Positions 62,117 to 64,000 of a stretch of DNA of 64,000 nucleotides are shown piece after piece. The translations under genes were made by a program, and so were the position numbers. The stretch covers positions 518-64,517 of the forward strand of contig DATEJG010000126.1 of assembly GCA_035278165.1 (NCBI GenBank), in the 5' to 3' direction. The notes beneath the pieces were generated by a model. The model did not search any database. It worked only from the letters and a program-made list of their open reading frames with translations, and was not told the DNA's origin. This DNA is from Steroidobacteraceae bacterium (GTDB lineage Bacteria > Pseudomonadota > Gammaproteobacteria > Steroidobacterales > Steroidobacteraceae). The number at the start of each line of letters is the position of its first letter. Within the stretch, counting starts at the first letter, position 1.

Positions 62117-62932
62117 ATGCCCGAGCTTCCGGAAGTCGAAACGACGCGTCGCGGCATCGAGCCGTCGATCCGCGGCCAGGTCATCCGCTCGGTCCTGGTT
62201 CGCGAGCCCCGGTTACGCTGGCGCGTGCCGCGCGAGCTGCCCCAGGAGGCCGCCGGTCAGCGCCTGCGCGAGCTGCGGCGGCGCGCGAAGTATCTGCTGT
62301 TCGATCTCGAGCGCGGGACCATGATCCTGCATCTCGGCATGTCCGGAAGCCTGCGCCTGATGCCCAGCTCGATCGCGCCGGCGCTGCACGATCACGTCGA
62401 CATCGTGCTCGACTCCGGGCTGTGCGTACGGTTCAACGATCCCCGGCGCTTCGGCAGCCTGCTGTGGACGCGCGAGGATCCACTACAGCATCCGCTGCTG
62501 CGATTGCTTGCGCCCGAGCCGCTGTCAGCAGAATTCAACGGCGCCTATCTTGCTCGCGCCGCAGCGGGTCGCAGCGTGGCGATCAAACAGCTGATCATGA
62601 ACAGTCAGATCGTCGTGGGCGTCGGCAACATCTACGCGAGCGAAGCGCTGTTCCGCGCCGGCATCCGGCCACGCCGGCCGGCGAACCGGATCACGCGCGC
62701 AGAGTTCAATGCACTCGCGAAATCCATCAAGGTCGTGCTGCGCGCCGCGATCCGCGCTGGCGGTACGACCTTGCGCGACTACGTCAATCCCGAGGGAGCG
62801 CCGGGATACTTCCGGCAGAAGCTGTTCGTCTACGAGCGCACGCGCGAGCCGTGTCGCGTGTGCCGCACGCCGATCAAGCATTTCGTCCAGGGACAGCGCT
62901 CGACGTACTTCTGCCCGAAGTGTCAGAGATAG
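62117..62932 (+). CDS. mutM: Formamidopyrimidine-DNA glycosylase MutM
   Basis: MPELPEVET, RRAKYL, HLGMSG, DPRRFG, GVGNIYASE, CRVC...CPKCQ zinc finger. Confidence 0.97.
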   Translation: MPELPEVETTRRGIEPSIRGQVIRSVLVREPRLRWRVPRELPQEAAGQRLRELRRRAKYLLFDLERGTMILHLGMSGSLRLMPSSIAPALHDHVDIVLDSGLCVRFNDPRRFGSLLWTREDPLQHPLLRLLAPEPLSAEFNGAYLARAAAGRSVAIKQLIMNSQIVVGVGNIYASEALFRAGIRPRRPANRITRAEFNALAKSIKVVLRAAIRAGGTTLRDYVNPEGAPGYFRQKLFVYERTREPCRVCRTPIKHFVQGQRSTYFCPKCQR

Positions 62933-62937
62933 CCAGA

Positions 62938-62955
62938 GTCAGGCTGACGCCTGAC
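62938..62955. repeat. REP-like palindrome GTCAGGC-TGAC-GCCTGAC
   Basis: Perfect 7-bp stem between convergent mutM and ggt. Confidence 0.72.
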
Positions 62956-62961
62956 ACCTTC

Positions 62962-64000
62962 CTAGTACACGACGCCGACGCCGACGCCGCGCGGATCCGA
63001 CACCGCTTTCACTTCGCCGCTGCGGTAATCCCACGTGACGATCTGCGCATTGCCGGGCATGCGCGACTCGCGCAGCGTGTGGCCGTACTTCTGCAGCGTC
63101 TGCTTCTCGTCTTCGGTGAGCGCGCCGGGCTCGTACGTGATCGTGTCCGGCATGTACTGGTGGTGAAAGCGCCCTTTCTTGACGAAGTCCTCGGGCGGCG
63201 TGCCGTCCATCCAGTCGAGAATCGACAGCAGCACGACCGTCATGATGACGCTGCCGCCGGGCGAGCCGACGATCATCAGGCCGTCCGGCTTTTCGATGAA
63301 CGTCGGCGTCATGCTGGACAGCGGCCGCTTGCCCGGCGCGATCGCGTTGGCGTCGGCGCCGACGAGACGGAAGCCGTTCGGCACGCCGGCCTTGGCGACG
63401 AAGTCGTCCATCTCGTTGTTCAGCATCACGCCGGTGCCCGGCACCATCAGGCCCGAGCCGAAGAAGAAGTTGATCGACTGCGTGCCGGCGACGCGATTGC
63501 CGTCGGCGTCGATGATCGAGAAGTGCGAAGTCTCGGGACCCGGCGCCGGAGCTTCGATGCTCGGCAACATCGAGCTCGGCGTGGCGCGATCCATGCGGAT
63601 CGAGGCGCGCTGCCCGTCCGCGTAGTACGCGTGCGTCAGCCGCTCGATCGGTATCTTCACGAAATCCGGATCGCCGAGGAACTCCGCGCGGTCGCGGTGC
63701 GCGCGGCGCATCGCTTCCACGATGAGATGCTTGCGCGTCGCGCTGTCGACTGCGCCGAGATCGAAACCCGACAGGATGTTGAGCGCGTCGATGATCGCCA
63801 CGCCGCCCGACGACGGCGGCGGCGCAGAGGTGATGCGCGCACCGCGATACTCGCCGTGCAGCGGCTTGCGCTCGTGAACGCGATAGTCGGCGAAATCCTC
63901 CAGTGACCAGATGCCGCCGAGCTTGCGCACGCCGTCGACCATGCGCTTCGCAATTGCGCCTTTGTAGAAGCCGTCGGGGCCGCGCTCGGCGAGCGCCGTC
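62962..64000 (-). CDS. ggt: Gamma-glutamyltransferase (5' truncated by window edge)
   Basis: LAERGPDGFYKG, PPPSSGG, ETSHFS (autoprocessing Thr), LNNEMDDF, KRPLSSMTP, GSPGGS. Confidence 0.93.
   Translation of the reverse strand, partial: TALAERGPDGFYKGAIAKRMVDGVRKLGGIWSLEDFADYRVHERKPLHGEYRGARITSAPPPSSGGVAIIDALNILSGFDLGAVDSATRKHLIVEAMRRAHRDRAEFLGDPDFVKIPIERLTHAYYADGQRASIRMDRATPSSMLPSIEAPAPGPETSHFSIIDADGNRVAGTQSINFFFGSGLMVPGTGVMLNNEMDDFVAKAGVPNGFRLVGADANAIAPGKRPLSSMTPTFIEKPDGLMIVGSPGGSVIMTVVLLSILDWMDGTPPEDFVKKGRFHHQYMPDTITYEPGALTEDEKQTLQKYGHTLRESRMPGNAQIVTWDYRSGEVKAVSDPRGVGVGVVY

Overview
High-GC gammaproteobacterial chromosomal segment (gene content and order suggest a Steroidobacter-like lineage; this is inference). 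It is densely coding, and I found no CRISPR array, rRNA, integrase, transposase or phage genes. Core blocks: egtB-egtD; asmA...mutY...yggX; alpha-2-macroglobulin-pbpC; tRNA-Gly(CCC); trmB; ampG-xth/pyrE; dut-coaBC/radC; rpmB-rpmG; mutM; ggt. Accessory blocks: a winged-helix protein plus two DUF5985-like membrane proteins; a GH63-like glucosidase; a Cfa-like methyltransferase/geranylgeranyl-reductase-like/DUF4261 operon; an exported redoxin-cytochrome c-PHM-like copper monooxygenase fusion divergent from an AraC regulator; an ECF sigma/anti-sigma/DUF4097 unit; a 9.5-kb internally duplicated phosphorelay/c-di-GMP cluster; and a LacI-uxaC-kdgK hexuronate locus with two matching operator-like sites. 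Non-coding structure: a family of about 8 REP-like 18-bp palindromes at gene ends, an inverted array of 9-bp units, and an AT-rich 22-bp palindrome. Family names come from recognising motifs by eye, not from database searches.
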